Shown: positions 1 through 11,671 of the stretch, piece after piece
Layout of the letters: every line of letters begins with the position of its first letter
How positions within the stretch are numbered: the stretch's first letter is position 1
Source of the DNA: Escherichia coli
GTDB lineage: Bacteria; Pseudomonadota; Gammaproteobacteria; Enterobacterales; Enterobacteriaceae
DNA length: 64,000 nt
NCBI RefSeq assembly: GCF_017348835.2
Contig: NZ_CP071375.1
Reading direction: 5' to 3' (one strand)
The notes under the pieces: generated by a model
Databases searched by the model: none
The model's input: only the letters and a program-made list of their open reading frames with translations
What the model was told of the DNA's origin: nothing
Position numbers and translations under genes: made by a program

Positions 1-1
1 T

Positions 2-400
2 GATGACCAGGATATCACTATCGATAACTATGAATTCACTACTGACTATCTGGAGAATGCCACCAGTGGTGAAAAAGTAGTGGAAGAGACGCTTGTCAGC
101 CACCTGCTGAAATCAAACTGCCTGATCACCCATCAACCAGATTGGGGGTCGATCCAAATTCAGTATCGTGGACGCCAAATTGACAGAGAAAAACTGCTGC
201 GTTACCTGGTCTCTTTCCGCCATCACAACGAGTTCCACGAACAGTGCGTGGAACGCATCTTTAATGACCTGTTACGCTTCTGCCAGCCAGAGAAATTGAG
301 CGTTTACGCACGTTATACCCGTCGTGGCGGTCTGGACATTAACCCGTGGCGCAGTAATAGCGATTTTGTCCCATCGACCACAAGACTGGTTCGGCAATAA
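2..400 (+). CDS. queF: NADPH-dependent 7-cyano-7-deazaguanine reductase QueF, C-terminal part (5' end lies outside the window)
   Basis: Open frame runs from the window edge to the stop at 398-400; translation (…[44 protein letters not shown]…) matches my recollection of E. coli QueF C-terminus. The track's Met at 80 is internal. Confidence 0.8.
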
Positions 401-511
401 ATTTTTTCTCAATTTTGCGTGCTGGATTCACGCAGAAGGTTGTGAAAGGTCATCAGGCAGGGCTATTGTAATCAAAGGGAATGACGATATTCGTCCCATA
501 AGGAGTTTTTC

Positions 512-1876
512 TTGATTACACATATTAGCCCGCTTGGCTCCATGGATATGTTGTCGCAGCTGGAAGTGGATATGCTTAAACGCACCGCCAGCAGCGACCT
601 CTATCAACTGTTTCGCAACTGTTCACTTGCCGTACTGAACTCCGGTAGTTTGACCGATAACAGCAAAGAATTGCTGTCTCGTTTTGAAAATTTCGATATT
701 AACGTCCTGCGCCGTGAACGCGGCGTAAAGCTGGAACTGATTAATCCCCCGGAAGAGGCTTTTGTCGATGGGCGAATTATTCGCGCTTTGCAGGCCAACT
801 TGTTCGCGGTTCTGCGAGACATTCTCTTCGTTTACGGGCAAATCCATAATACCGTTCGTTTTCCCAACCTGAATCTCGACAACTCCGTCCACATCACTAA
901 CCTGGTCTTTTCCATCTTGCGTAACGCTCGCGCGCTGCATGTGGGTGAAGCGCCAAATATGGTGGTCTGCTGGGGCGGTCACTCAATTAACGAAAATGAG
1001 TATTTGTATGCCCGTCGCGTTGGAAACCAGCTGGGCCTGCGTGAGCTGAATATCTGCACCGGCTGTGGTCCGGGAGCGATGGAAGCGCCGATGAAAGGTG
1101 CTGCCGTCGGACACGCGCAGCAGCGTTACAAAGACAGTCGTTTTATTGGTATGACAGAGCCGTCGATTATCGCCGCTGAACCGCCTAACCCGCTGGTCAA
1201 CGAATTGATCATCATGCCGGATATCGAAAAACGTCTGGAAGCGTTTGTCCGTATCGCTCACGGCATCATTATCTTCCCTGGCGGTGTGGGTACGGCAGAA
1301 GAGTTGCTGTATTTGCTGGGAATTTTAATGAACCCGGCCAACAAAGATCAGGTTTTACCATTGATCCTCACCGGCCCGAAAGAGAGCGCCGACTACTTCC
1401 GCGTACTGGACGAGTTTGTCGTACATACGCTGGGCGAAAACGCGCGCCGCCATTACCGCATCATCATTGATGACGCCGCTGAAGTCGCTCGTCAGATGAA
1501 AAAATCGATGCCGCTGGTGAAAGAAAATCGCCGCGACACTGGTGACGCTTACAGCTTTAACTGGTCAATGCGCATTGCACCAGATTTGCAAATGCCGTTT
1601 GAGCCGTCTCACGAGAATATGGCTAATCTGAAGCTTTACCCGGATCAACCTGTTGAAGTGCTGGCTGCCGACCTGCGCCGTGCGTTCTCCGGTATTGTGG
1701 CGGGTAACGTAAAAGAAGTCGGTATTCGCGCCATTGAAGAGTTTGGTCCTTACAAAATCAACGGCGATAAAGAGATTATGCGTCGTATGGACGACCTGCT
1801 ACAGGGTTTTGTTGCCCAGCATCGTATGAAGTTGCCAGGCTCAGCCTACATCCCTTGCTACGAAATCTGCACGTAA
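512..1876 (+). CDS. ppnN: Pyrimidine/purine nucleotide 5'-monophosphate nucleosidase PpnN (YgdH), 454 aa
   Basis: 454-aa ORF with TTG start preceded by AGGAG (501-505); N-terminus [16 protein letters not shown] and length match E. coli PpnN/YgdH as I recall it. Confidence 0.9.
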
Positions 1877-2432
1877 TCTCCCCTCCCCCGGTGACGTTTG
1901 TTGCCGGGTTTTCTCGTTTTTGGTCACTTACTCATCAACTCATTTCATTTGTTATATGAATGTTTCTTACCACCCTCACGCGACAAATATCATCACAGTT
2001 AATATGTCATACAATTTATATTGCAACGCAAACGTTTCCCTATTTTCATAAACCGTATTTTATCGCTATGAAAAAGAAATTATCGCCATGATTAACTAAA
2101 AGTATTGATTTTTTCAGTTCAACCTACATATATTGCGCGCCCCGGAAGAAGTCAGATGTCGTTTAATGGGCAAATATTGCCTTTAAATTCTCTTTTACTT
2201 TTGATTTACAGAGTAAAGCGTTGGGATAATCTATCTTCCAAGTAGATTATTGTATTTGGGATCAAGATCACTGATAGATACATAACTTGTGTGTATCTTT
2301 CCGCCCTCAAATTATTACGGCGGTAAATGATTAAGCCATCGCCGATAGACAGATTTCATTTTTACGGTCAGGCACCTTCCCGGGCTGAACTGGCTAAAAG
2401 CTGAATTATTTGCATTCCTCCAGGAGAAATAG

Positions 2433-3722
2433 ATGGAAACGACTCAAACCAGCACGATTGCGTCGAAAGACTCTCGTAGTGCCTGGCGCAAGACAGACAC
2501 CATGTGGATGCTGGGCCTTTACGGCACGGCAATCGGCGCGGGCGTGCTGTTCCTGCCAATCAACGCCGGTGTTGGCGGTATGATCCCGCTGATCATCATG
2601 GCTATCCTTGCGTTCCCGATGACGTTTTTTGCTCACCGCGGCCTGACTCGCTTCGTACTGTCTGGTAAAAACCCGGGCGAAGACATCACCGAGGTTGTAG
2701 AAGAACACTTTGGTATTGGCGCAGGTAAACTGATTACCCTGCTCTACTTCTTCGCTATCTACCCGATCCTGCTGGTTTATAGCGTGGCAATCACCAATAC
2801 CGTTGAAAGCTTCATGTCTCACCAGCTGGGTATGACGCCACCGCCGCGTGCGATTCTGTCGCTGATCCTGATCGTGGGTATGATGACCATCGTTCGCTTC
2901 GGTGAGCAGATGATCGTTAAAGCGATGAGTATTCTGGTATTCCCGTTTGTTGGCGTACTGATGCTGCTGGCTCTGTACCTGATCCCGCAGTGGAACGGCG
3001 CAGCACTGGAAACGCTGTCTCTGGACACTGCATCTGCAACCGGAAACGGTCTGTGGATGACCCTGTGGCTGGCAATTCCGGTAATGGTGTTCTCGTTCAA
3101 CCACTCTCCGATCATCTCTTCTTTCGCCGTTGCGAAGCGTGAAGAGTACGGCGATATGGCAGAACAGAAATGCTCGAAGATCCTGGCATTCGCACACATC
3201 ATGATGGTGCTGACCGTAATGTTCTTCGTCTTCAGCTGTGTACTGAGCCTGACTCCGGCAGACCTGGCTGCGGCTAAAGAGCAGAACATCTCGATTCTGT
3301 CTTACCTGGCTAACCACTTTAACGCACCGGTTATCGCGTGGATGGCTCCGATTATCGCGATTATCGCTATCACCAAATCCTTCCTCGGCCACTACCTGGG
3401 CGCACGTGAAGGCTTCAACGGTATGGTGATTAAATCTCTGCGTGGTAAAGGTAAGTCTATCGAAATCAACAAGCTGAACCGTATCACTGCGCTGTTCATG
3501 CTGGTAACGACCTGGATTGTTGCCACCCTGAACCCGAGCATCCTGGGTATGATTGAAACCCTGGGCGGCCCAATCATCGCGATGATCCTGTTCCTGATGC
3601 CGATGTACGCAATTCAGAAAGTACCGGCAATGCGTAAGTACAGCGGTCACATCAGCAACGTATTCGTTGTCGTGATGGGTCTGATTGCAATCTCCGCAAT
3701 CTTCTACTCTCTGTTCAGCTAA
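2433..3722 (+). CDS. sdaC: Serine:H+ symporter SdaC (HAAAP family), 429 aa
   Basis: 429-aa polytopic membrane ORF; sequence and length match E. coli SdaC; followed by sdaB as in the sdaCB operon. Confidence 0.95.
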   Translation: METTQTSTIASKDSRSAWRKTDTMWMLGLYGTAIGAGVLFLPINAGVGGMIPLIIMAILAFPMTFFAHRGLTRFVLSGKNPGEDITEVVEEHFGIGAGKLITLLYFFAIYPILLVYSVAITNTVESFMSHQLGMTPPPRAILSLILIVGMMTIVRFGEQMIVKAMSILVFPFVGVLMLLALYLIPQWNGAALETLSLDTASATGNGLWMTLWLAIPVMVFSFNHSPIISSFAVAKREEYGDMAEQKCSKILAFAHIMMVLTVMFFVFSCVLSLTPADLAAAKEQNISILSYLANHFNAPVIAWMAPIIAIIAITKSFLGHYLGAREGFNGMVIKSLRGKGKSIEINKLNRITALFMLVTTWIVATLNPSILGMIETLGGPIIAMILFLMPMYAIQKVPAMRKYSGHISNVFVVVMGLIAISAIFYSLFS

Positions 3723-3779
3723 GTCCTTTCGCGCCGCTTTCGGGCGGCGCTTCCTCCGTTTTAACGCGATGTATTTCCT

Positions 3780-5147
3780 ATGATTAGCGTATTCGATATT
3801 TTCAAAATCGGCATTGGCCCTTCCAGTTCTCATACCGTTGGACCAATGAAAGCGGGTAAACAATTTACCGACGATCTGATTGCCCGTAACCTGCTTAAAG
3901 ACGTGACCCGCGTGGTGGTTGACGTGTACGGCTCGCTCTCTCTGACTGGTAAAGGCCACCACACTGATATCGCCATTATTATGGGCCTGGCGGGTAACCT
4001 GCCGGATACCGTGGATATCGATTCCATCCCTGGTTTTATTCAGGATGTGAATACTCATGGTCGCCTGATGCTGGCAAACGGTCAGCATGAAGTGGAGTTC
4101 CCGGTTGATCAGTGCATGAACTTCCATGCCGACAACCTTTCTCTGCATGAAAACGGTATGCGCATTACCGCGCTGGCGGGTGATAAAGTCGTTTACAGTC
4201 AGACTTACTACTCTATTGGCGGTGGCTTTATCGTTGATGAAGAGCATTTTGGCCAGCAGGATAGCGCACCGGTTGAAGTTCCTTATCCGTACAGTTCAGC
4301 AGCCGATCTGCAAAAACATTGTCAGGAAACCGGGCTGTCACTCTCTGGCCTGATGATGAAAAACGAGCTGGCGCTGCACAGCAAAGAAGAGCTGGAACAG
4401 CACCTGGCGAACGTCTGGGAAGTCATGCGCGGCGGTATTGAGCGCGGTATTTCCACCGAAGGCGTGTTGCCTGGCAAACTGCGCGTTCCACGCCGTGCTG
4501 CGGCACTACGCCGGATGCTGGTCAGCCAGGATAAAACCACCACTGACCCGATGGCGGTTGTTGACTGGATCAACATGTTTGCACTGGCAGTGAACGAAGA
4601 GAACGCCGCTGGCGGTCGCGTGGTGACTGCGCCGACTAACGGTGCGTGCGGGATTATCCCGGCTGTGCTGGCGTACTACGATAAGTTTATCCGCGAAGTG
4701 AACGCTAACTCACTGGCTCGTTACCTGCTGGTAGCCAGCGCCATTGGTTCTCTTTATAAGATGAACGCGTCGATTTCTGGTGCTGAAGTGGGTTGCCAGG
4801 GTGAAGTTGGCGTGGCGTGCTCAATGGCGGCGGCTGGTCTGGCAGAACTATTAGGCGCAAGCCCGGCGCAGGTGTGCATCGCGGCGGAAATCGCCATGGA
4901 GCACAACCTCGGTCTGACGTGTGACCCGGTCGCCGGACAGGTACAGGTGCCATGCATCGAGCGTAACGCCATTGCGGCAGTAAAAGCGGTGAACGCCGCA
5001 CGTATGGCGCTGCGCCGTACCAGCGAGCCGCGCGTCTGCCTCGATAAAGTTATCGAAACCATGTACGAAACAGGTAAAGATATGAACGCCAAGTACCGCG
5101 AAACCTCTCGCGGCGGCCTGGCAATGAAGATCGTTGCCTGCGATTAA
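3780..5147 (+). CDS. sdaB: L-serine dehydratase 2 (Fe-S), 455 aa
   Basis: 455-aa ORF; N-terminus MISVFDIFKIGIGPSSSHTVGPM is typical of L-serine dehydratases; synteny with sdaC. Confidence 0.95.
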   Translation: MISVFDIFKIGIGPSSSHTVGPMKAGKQFTDDLIARNLLKDVTRVVVDVYGSLSLTGKGHHTDIAIIMGLAGNLPDTVDIDSIPGFIQDVNTHGRLMLANGQHEVEFPVDQCMNFHADNLSLHENGMRITALAGDKVVYSQTYYSIGGGFIVDEEHFGQQDSAPVEVPYPYSSAADLQKHCQETGLSLSGLMMKNELALHSKEELEQHLANVWEVMRGGIERGISTEGVLPGKLRVPRRAAALRRMLVSQDKTTTDPMAVVDWINMFALAVNEENAAGGRVVTAPTNGACGIIPAVLAYYDKFIREVNANSLARYLLVASAIGSLYKMNASISGAEVGCQGEVGVACSMAAAGLAELLGASPAQVCIAAEIAMEHNLGLTCDPVAGQVQVPCIERNAIAAVKAVNAARMALRRTSEPRVCLDKVIETMYETGKDMNAKYRETSRGGLAMKIVACD

Positions 5148-6014
<867 letters not shown>

Positions 6015-6068
6015 CGGCGAGCCGGATACGCCGCAAACGTCGTATCCGGCATTATCACATCAGCGCAT

Positions 6069-7217
6069 TTACCAGGCGGTATGGTAAAGCTCTACAATAT
6101 CCTCAAGCGTTGCTTCACGCGGGTTGCCACCGGTACAAACATCATCCAGTGCCGCCTGAGCCAGTGCCGGAATGTCTTCCTTGCGTACACCAACATCACG
6201 CAAATGTGGCGGAATACCGACATCACGGTTGAGAGCAAACACCGCTTCAACAGCGGCATTACGCGCCTCTTCCAGGCTCATACCTTCCACTTTCACGCCC
6301 ATAACGCGCGCGATATCGCGGTACTTCTCACCGGTAAAGTCAGCGTTATAGCGCATGACATGCGGTAACAGGATGGCGTTCGCAACACCGTGTGGAGTGT
6401 TGTAAAACGCGCCCAGTGGATGCGCCATACCATGCACCAACCCTAACCCAACATTCGAGAAGCCCATACCCGCAACATACTGCCCGAGCGCCATTTCTTC
6501 TCCGGCATCCTTATCACCAGCAACCGATCCTCGCAGCGCCCCAGCAATGATTTCAATCGCTTTAATGTGCAGCGCATCAGTTAGCGCCCACGCGCCACGG
6601 GTAATATACCCCTCAATAGCATGAGTGAGCGCATCGACACCCGTCGCAGCTTTCAGCGCTGGAGGCATACCATCCATCATGTCAGCGTCAATAAACGCCA
6701 CCTGCGGGATATCATGCGGATCAACGCAAACAAACTTGCGCCGTTTTTCTTCGTCAGTGATCACGTAGTTAATGGTCACTTCTGCCGCAGTGCCTGCTGT
6801 GGTGGGGATTGCCAGAATCGGTACACTGGGTTTATTGGTCGGGGAAAGTCCTTCCAGGCTACGCACATCGGCAAACTCCGGGTTGTTGCTGATAATGCCA
6901 ATCGCTTTACAAGTATCCTGTGGAGAACCACCACCAATAGCGATCAGATAATCCGCGCCGCTATTCTGGAATACACCGAGCCCTTCTTTGACGACAGTAA
7001 TTGTTGGGTTGGGTACTACGCCGTCATAAATCGCCCATGCCAGCCCTGCAGCATCCATCTTATCGGTCACTTTCGCCACCACGCCGCATTGCACCAGCGT
7101 TTTATCGGTGACGATCAGCGCCTTCTGATAACCACGGCGTTTCACCTCATCGGTTAAAGCCCCAACAGCACCCCGACCAAACCATGCCGTTTCGTTCAGA
7201 ATCATTCTGTTAGCCAT
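6069..7217 (-). CDS. fucO: L-1,2-propanediol oxidoreductase (lactaldehyde reductase) FucO, 382 aa
   Basis: Iron-containing alcohol dehydrogenase-family ORF; sequence matches FucO; second ATG (7215-7217) gives the 382-aa product; co-transcribed with fucA. Confidence 0.95.
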   Translation of the reverse strand: MANRMILNETAWFGRGAVGALTDEVKRRGYQKALIVTDKTLVQCGVVAKVTDKMDAAGLAWAIYDGVVPNPTITVVKEGLGVFQNSGADYLIAIGGGSPQDTCKAIGIISNNPEFADVRSLEGLSPTNKPSVPILAIPTTAGTAAEVTINYVITDEEKRRKFVCVDPHDIPQVAFIDADMMDGMPPALKAATGVDALTHAIEGYITRGAWALTDALHIKAIEIIAGALRGSVAGDKDAGEEMALGQYVAGMGFSNVGLGLVHGMAHPLGAFYNTPHGVANAILLPHVMRYNADFTGEKYRDIARVMGVKVEGMSLEEARNAAVEAVFALNRDVGIPPHLRDVGVRKEDIPALAQAALDDVCTGGNPREATLEDIVELYHTAW

Positions 7218-7244
7218 CATCCTACTCCTTGTTGCTTTACGAAA

Positions 7245-7892
7245 TTACTCTTCAATCCGTAACCCATAGGTTTTGAATTTCTCCAGCACTACGGCAATTT
7301 CTTCATCGCTCAGCACTGGCACCGGGTCCGTAATCGCCAGGGTCGTCAGGTAAAGTTGCGCCAGCACTTCAACTTCATGCGCCAGCCATAACGCTTTTTC
7401 CAGATTCACCTCACAAGCGATAAGCCCATGATGTTGTAACAAAGTTGCCTTACGATTTTTGAGAGCCAGCGCAACATGTTCAGAAAGTTCGCGTGTTCCA
7501 AAGGTCGCATAAGGCGCGCAAGGAATAGAATTACCGCCAGCCGCCGCAATCATGTAGTGAATAGCGGGGATCGGTCGGTTAAGAATGGAAACTGCTGTGC
7601 AATGAACGGCATGATTGTGAACAACCGCGTTGGCATCCGGTCTGCTTTGATAGGCCGCCATATGGAAACGCCATTCGCTTGAGGGGAGCTTTCCTTCCTC
7701 ATGTTTACCGTTGCCATCAATAAAGACAATATGCGACTCCGTCAGTTTTTCATATGGAATGCCTGTAGGCGTAATCAGCATCCCATCCTGATAACGTACA
7801 CTGACGTTCCCCGCGGTCCCCTGGTTCAGTCCCAGGCGGGTCATTTCCAGGCATGTGTCAATAATCTGACGAGCAAGTTTATTTCGTTCCAT
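7245..7892 (-). CDS. fucA: L-fuculose-1-phosphate aldolase, 215 aa
   Basis: 215-aa class II aldolase ORF; sequence and length match FucA; divergent from fucP. Confidence 0.95.
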   Translation of the reverse strand: MERNKLARQIIDTCLEMTRLGLNQGTAGNVSVRYQDGMLITPTGIPYEKLTESHIVFIDGNGKHEEGKLPSSEWRFHMAAYQSRPDANAVVHNHAVHCTAVSILNRPIPAIHYMIAAAGGNSIPCAPYATFGTRELSEHVALALKNRKATLLQHHGLIACEVNLEKALWLAHEVEVLAQLYLTTLAITDPVPVLSDEEIAVVLEKFKTYGLRIEE

Positions 7893-8077
7893 TAGCTACC
7901 TCTCTCTGATTCAAAACAGGGCAATAATGTTGTTCCTTTCACACTATTGAATTAGCCGTTTAATTACCCAACATCTTCTTCCTGATTAACCAGAAAGAAA
8001 TTCACAAGCTTATATTTTGTGACCTGGTTCAACTAATCACAGTAAATAACTGCAAGTTCTCTTTTTATAACCCCATT

Positions 8078-8180
8078 AAAAATGACCGCTCTTAAAAATA
8101 TTTATCAAAACGGTCATTTTTCTATTCACCTAAGCCAGGAATGACCGTTTTCGGCATAAACAATTAATACGGTCATCTGT
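8078..8180. promoter_or_regulatory. Candidate operator array in the fucAO/fucPIKUR divergent control region: four ATGACCG/CGGTCAT heptamers in alternating orientation
   Basis: Seen in sequence: ATGACCG at 8082-8088 and 8141-8147, CGGTCAT at 8111-8117 and 8170-8176 (about 30-bp periodicity, forming two inverted pairs) inside the 546-bp fucA-fucP intergenic region. Assigning them to FucR (DeoR family) or CRP is inference. Confidence 0.4.
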
Positions 8181-8438
8181 TTTGTGTTTTTTATGATTTA
8201 TTTTCTGAAACGGGCATGAAATTTCGATTATTAAAGTGATGGTAGTCACATAAAGTCACCTTCCAGCTAATAAGTGTGACCGCCGTCATATTACAGAGCG
8301 TTTTTTATTTGAAAATGAATCCATGAGTTCATTTCAGACAGGCAAATATTCACTGATATGAAGCCCGAACTCGCTGGTTTTGCACTTTTGAAAACATAAC
8401 CGATTACGTGCTTAAGCTTCTGAACCTAAGAGGATGCT

Positions 8439-9755
8439 ATGGGAAACACATCAATACAAACGCAGAGTTACCGTGCGGTAGATAAAGATGCAGGGCAAAG
8501 CAGAAGTTACATTATTCCATTCGCGCTGCTGTGCTCACTGTTTTTTCTTTGGGCGGTAGCCAATAACCTTAACGATATTTTATTACCTCAATTCCAGCAG
8601 GCTTTTACGCTGACAAATTTCCAGGCTGGCCTGATCCAATCGGCCTTTTACTTTGGTTATTTCATTATCCCAATCCCTGCTGGGATATTGATGAAAAAAC
8701 TCAGTTATAAAGCAGGGATTATTACCGGATTATTTTTATATGCCTTGGGCGCTGCATTATTCTGGCCCGCTGCAGAAATAATGAACTACACCTTATTTTT
8801 AGTTGGCCTATTTATTATTGCAGCCGGATTAGGTTGTCTGGAAACTGCCGCAAACCCTTTTGTTACGGTATTAGGGCCGGAAAGCAGTGGTCACTTCCGC
8901 TTAAATCTTGCGCAAACATTTAACTCATTTGGCGCAATTATCGCGGTTGTCTTTGGGCAAAGTCTTATTTTGTCTAACGTGCCACATCAATCGCAAGACG
9001 TTCTCGATAAAATGTCTCCAGAGCAATTGAGTGCGTATAAACACAGCCTGGTATTATCGGTACAGACACCTTATATGATCATCGTGGCTATCGTGTTACT
9101 GGTCGCCCTGCTGATCATGCTGACGAAATTCCCGGCATTGCAGAGTGATAACCACAGTGACGCCAAACAAGGATCGTTCTCCGCATCGCTTTCTCGCCTG
9201 GCGCGTATTCGCCACTGGCGCTGGGCAGTATTAGCGCAATTCTGCTATGTCGGCGCACAAACGGCCTGCTGGAGCTATTTGATTCGCTACGCTGTAGAAG
9301 AAATTCCAGGTATGACTGCAGGCTTTGCCGCTAACTATTTAACCGGAACCATGGTGTGCTTCTTTATTGGTCGTTTCACCGGTACCTGGCTCATCAGTCG
9401 CTTCGCACCACACAAAGTCCTGGCCGCCTACGCATTAATCGCTATGGCACTGTGCCTGATCTCAGCCTTCGCTGGCGGTCATGTGGGCTTAATAGCCCTG
9501 ACTTTATGCAGCGCCTTTATGTCGATTCAGTACCCAACAATCTTCTCGCTGGGCATTAAGAATCTCGGCCAGGACACCAAATACGGTTCGTCCTTCATCG
9601 TTATGACCATTATTGGCGGCGGTATTGTCACTCCGGTCATGGGTTTTGTCAGTGACGCGGCGGGCAACATCCCCACTGCTGAACTGATCCCCGTACTCTG
9701 CTTCGCGGTCATCTTTATCTTTGCCCGTTTCCGTTCTCAAACGGCAACTAACTGA
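8439..9755 (+). CDS. fucP: L-fucose:H+ symporter (MFS), 438 aa
   Basis: 438-aa membrane ORF; sequence matches FucP; first gene of fucPIKUR. Confidence 0.95.
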   Translation: MGNTSIQTQSYRAVDKDAGQSRSYIIPFALLCSLFFLWAVANNLNDILLPQFQQAFTLTNFQAGLIQSAFYFGYFIIPIPAGILMKKLSYKAGIITGLFLYALGAALFWPAAEIMNYTLFLVGLFIIAAGLGCLETAANPFVTVLGPESSGHFRLNLAQTFNSFGAIIAVVFGQSLILSNVPHQSQDVLDKMSPEQLSAYKHSLVLSVQTPYMIIVAIVLLVALLIMLTKFPALQSDNHSDAKQGSFSASLSRLARIRHWRWAVLAQFCYVGAQTACWSYLIRYAVEEIPGMTAGFAANYLTGTMVCFFIGRFTGTWLISRFAPHKVLAAYALIAMALCLISAFAGGHVGLIALTLCSAFMSIQYPTIFSLGIKNLGQDTKYGSSFIVMTIIGGGIVTPVMGFVSDAAGNIPTAELIPVLCFAVIFIFARFRSQTATN

Positions 9756-9787
9756 ACATATTTTCCGAATAAAGTGAGGAATCTGTA

Positions 9788-11563
9788 ATGAAAAAAATCA
9801 GCTTACCGAAAATTGGTATCCGCCCGGTTATTGACGGTCGTCGCATGGGTGTTCGTGAGTCGCTTGAAGAACAAACAATGAATATGGCGAAAGCCACGGC
9901 CACACTGCTGACCGAGAAACTGCGCCATGCCTGCGGAGCTGCCGTCGAGTGTGTCATTTCCGATACCTGTATCGCGGGTATGGCTGAAGCCGCTGCTTGC
10001 GAAGAAAAATTCAGCAGTCAGAATGTAGGCCTCACCATTACGGTAACGCCTTGCTGGTGCTATGGCAGTGAAACCATCGACATGGATCCAACCCGCCCGA
10101 AGGCCATTTGGGGCTTTAACGGCACTGAACGCCCCGGCGCTGTTTACCTGGCTGCGGCTCTGGCAGCTCACAGCCAGAAAGGCATCCCGGCATTCTCCAT
10201 TTACGGTCATGACGTTCAGGATGCCGATGACACATCGATTCCTGCTGATGTTGAAGAAAAACTGCTGCGCTTTGCCCGCGCCGGTTTGGCCGTCGCCAGC
10301 ATGAAAGGTAAAAGCTATCTGTCGCTGGGCGGCGTTTCGATGGGTATCGCCGGTTCTATTGTTGATCACAACTTCTTTGAATCCTGGCTGGGAATGAAAG
10401 TCCAGGCGGTGGATATGACCGAACTGCGTCGCCGTATCGATCAGAAGATTTACGACGAAGCCGAACTGGAAATGGCACTGGCCTGGGCTGATAAAAACTT
10501 CCGCTATGGCGAAGATGAAAATAACAAACAGTATCAACGTAATGCCGAGCAAAGCCGCGCAGTTCTGCGCGAAAGTTTACTGATGGCGATGTGTATCCGC
10601 GACATGATGCAAGGCAACAGCAAACTGGCCGATATTGGTCGCGTGGAAGAATCACTTGGCTACAACGCCATCGCTGCGGGCTTCCAGGGGCAACGTCACT
10701 GGACCGATCAATATCCCAATGGTGACACCGCCGAAGCGATCCTCAACAGTTCATTTGACTGGAATGGCGTGCGCGAACCCTTTGTCGTGGCGACCGAAAA
10801 CGACAGTCTTAACGGCGTGGCAATGCTAATGGGTCACCAGCTCACCGGCACCGCTCAGGTATTTGCCGATGTGCGTACCTACTGGTCACCAGAAGCAATT
10901 GAGCGTGTAACGGGGCATAAACTGGATGGACTGGCAGAACACGGCATCATCCATTTGATCAACTCCGGTTCTGCTGCGCTGGACGGTTCCTGTAAACAAC
11001 GCGACAGCGAAGGTAACCCGACGATGAAGCCGCACTGGGAAATCTCTCAGCAAGAGGCTGACGCTTGCCTCGCCGCTACCGAATGGTGCCCGGCGATCCA
11101 CGAATACTTCCGTGGCGGCGGTTACTCTTCCCGCTTCCTTACCGAAGGCGGCGTCCCGTTCACCATGACTCGTGTCAACATCATCAAAGGCCTGGGACCG
11201 GTACTGCAAATCGCGGAAGGCTGGAGCGTGGAATTGCCGAAGGATGTGCATGACATCCTCAACAAACGCACCAACTCAACCTGGCCAACCACCTGGTTTG
11301 CACCGCGCCTCACCGGTAAAGGGCCGTTTACGGATGTGTACTCGGTAATGGCGAACTGGGGCGCTAACCATGGGGTTCTGACCATCGGCCACGTTGGCGC
11401 AGACTTTATCACTCTCGCCTCCATGCTGCGTATCCCGGTATGTATGCACAACGTTGAAGAGACCAAAGTGTATCGTCCTTCTGCCTGGGCTGCGCACGGC
11501 ATGGATATTGAAGGCCAGGATTACCGCGCTTGCCAGAACTACGGTCCGTTGTACAAGCGTTAA
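9788..11563 (+). CDS. fucI: L-fucose isomerase, 591 aa
   Basis: 591-aa ORF; sequence and length match FucI. Confidence 0.95.
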   Translation: MKKISLPKIGIRPVIDGRRMGVRESLEEQTMNMAKATATLLTEKLRHACGAAVECVISDTCIAGMAEAAACEEKFSSQNVGLTITVTPCWCYGSETIDMDPTRPKAIWGFNGTERPGAVYLAAALAAHSQKGIPAFSIYGHDVQDADDTSIPADVEEKLLRFARAGLAVASMKGKSYLSLGGVSMGIAGSIVDHNFFESWLGMKVQAVDMTELRRRIDQKIYDEAELEMALAWADKNFRYGEDENNKQYQRNAEQSRAVLRESLLMAMCIRDMMQGNSKLADIGRVEESLGYNAIAAGFQGQRHWTDQYPNGDTAEAILNSSFDWNGVREPFVVATENDSLNGVAMLMGHQLTGTAQVFADVRTYWSPEAIERVTGHKLDGLAEHGIIHLINSGSAALDGSCKQRDSEGNPTMKPHWEISQQEADACLAATEWCPAIHEYFRGGGYSSRFLTEGGVPFTMTRVNIIKGLGPVLQIAEGWSVELPKDVHDILNKRTNSTWPTTWFAPRLTGKGPFTDVYSVMANWGANHGVLTIGHVGADFITLASMLRIPVCMHNVEETKVYRPSAWAAHGMDIEGQDYRACQNYGPLYKR

Positions 11564-11584
11564 TACATTACTCCCTGATGTGAT

Positions 11585-11653
11585 GCCCGGTCGCTCCGGC
11601 TGCCGGGCCTGAACAAGCAAGAGTGGTTAGCCGGATAAGCAATGTTATCCGGC
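11585..11653 (+). repeat. Two intra-operon GC-rich stem-loops between fucI and fucK (REP-like palindromes)
   Basis: Seen in sequence: GCCCGG…CCGGGC (11585-11608) and GCCGGATAAGCAATGTTATCCGGC (11630-11653), immediately before the fucK RBS. Confidence 0.4.
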
Positions 11654-11671
11654 TATATTGCAGGAGCGATC

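Noticed and set aside
1877-2432. AT-rich 556-bp region upstream of sdaC containing short inverted repeats (AATCTA…TAGATT, AGATACA…TGTATCT) as a possible sRNA or mobile-element remnant
   Set aside because: There is no terminator-like structure or coding potential; the region is most simply the sdaC promoter/regulatory region (sdaC is known to be Lrp/CRP-controlled). Without expression data I cannot support more than that.
2406-4247. 613-aa ORF on the minus strand spanning sdaC and sdaB
   Set aside because: It is fully antisense to two well-supported genes; its composition is low-complexity (rich in R, H, Q, D), typical of a shadow frame opposite high-GC-third-position coding sequence; there is no recognisable domain or RBS.
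6621-7157. 178-aa plus-strand ORF inside fucO
   Set aside because: Antisense to fucO; shadow ORF.
9803-10552. 249-aa minus-strand ORF inside fucI
   Set aside because: Antisense shadow ORF within a confidently identified gene; no independent support.
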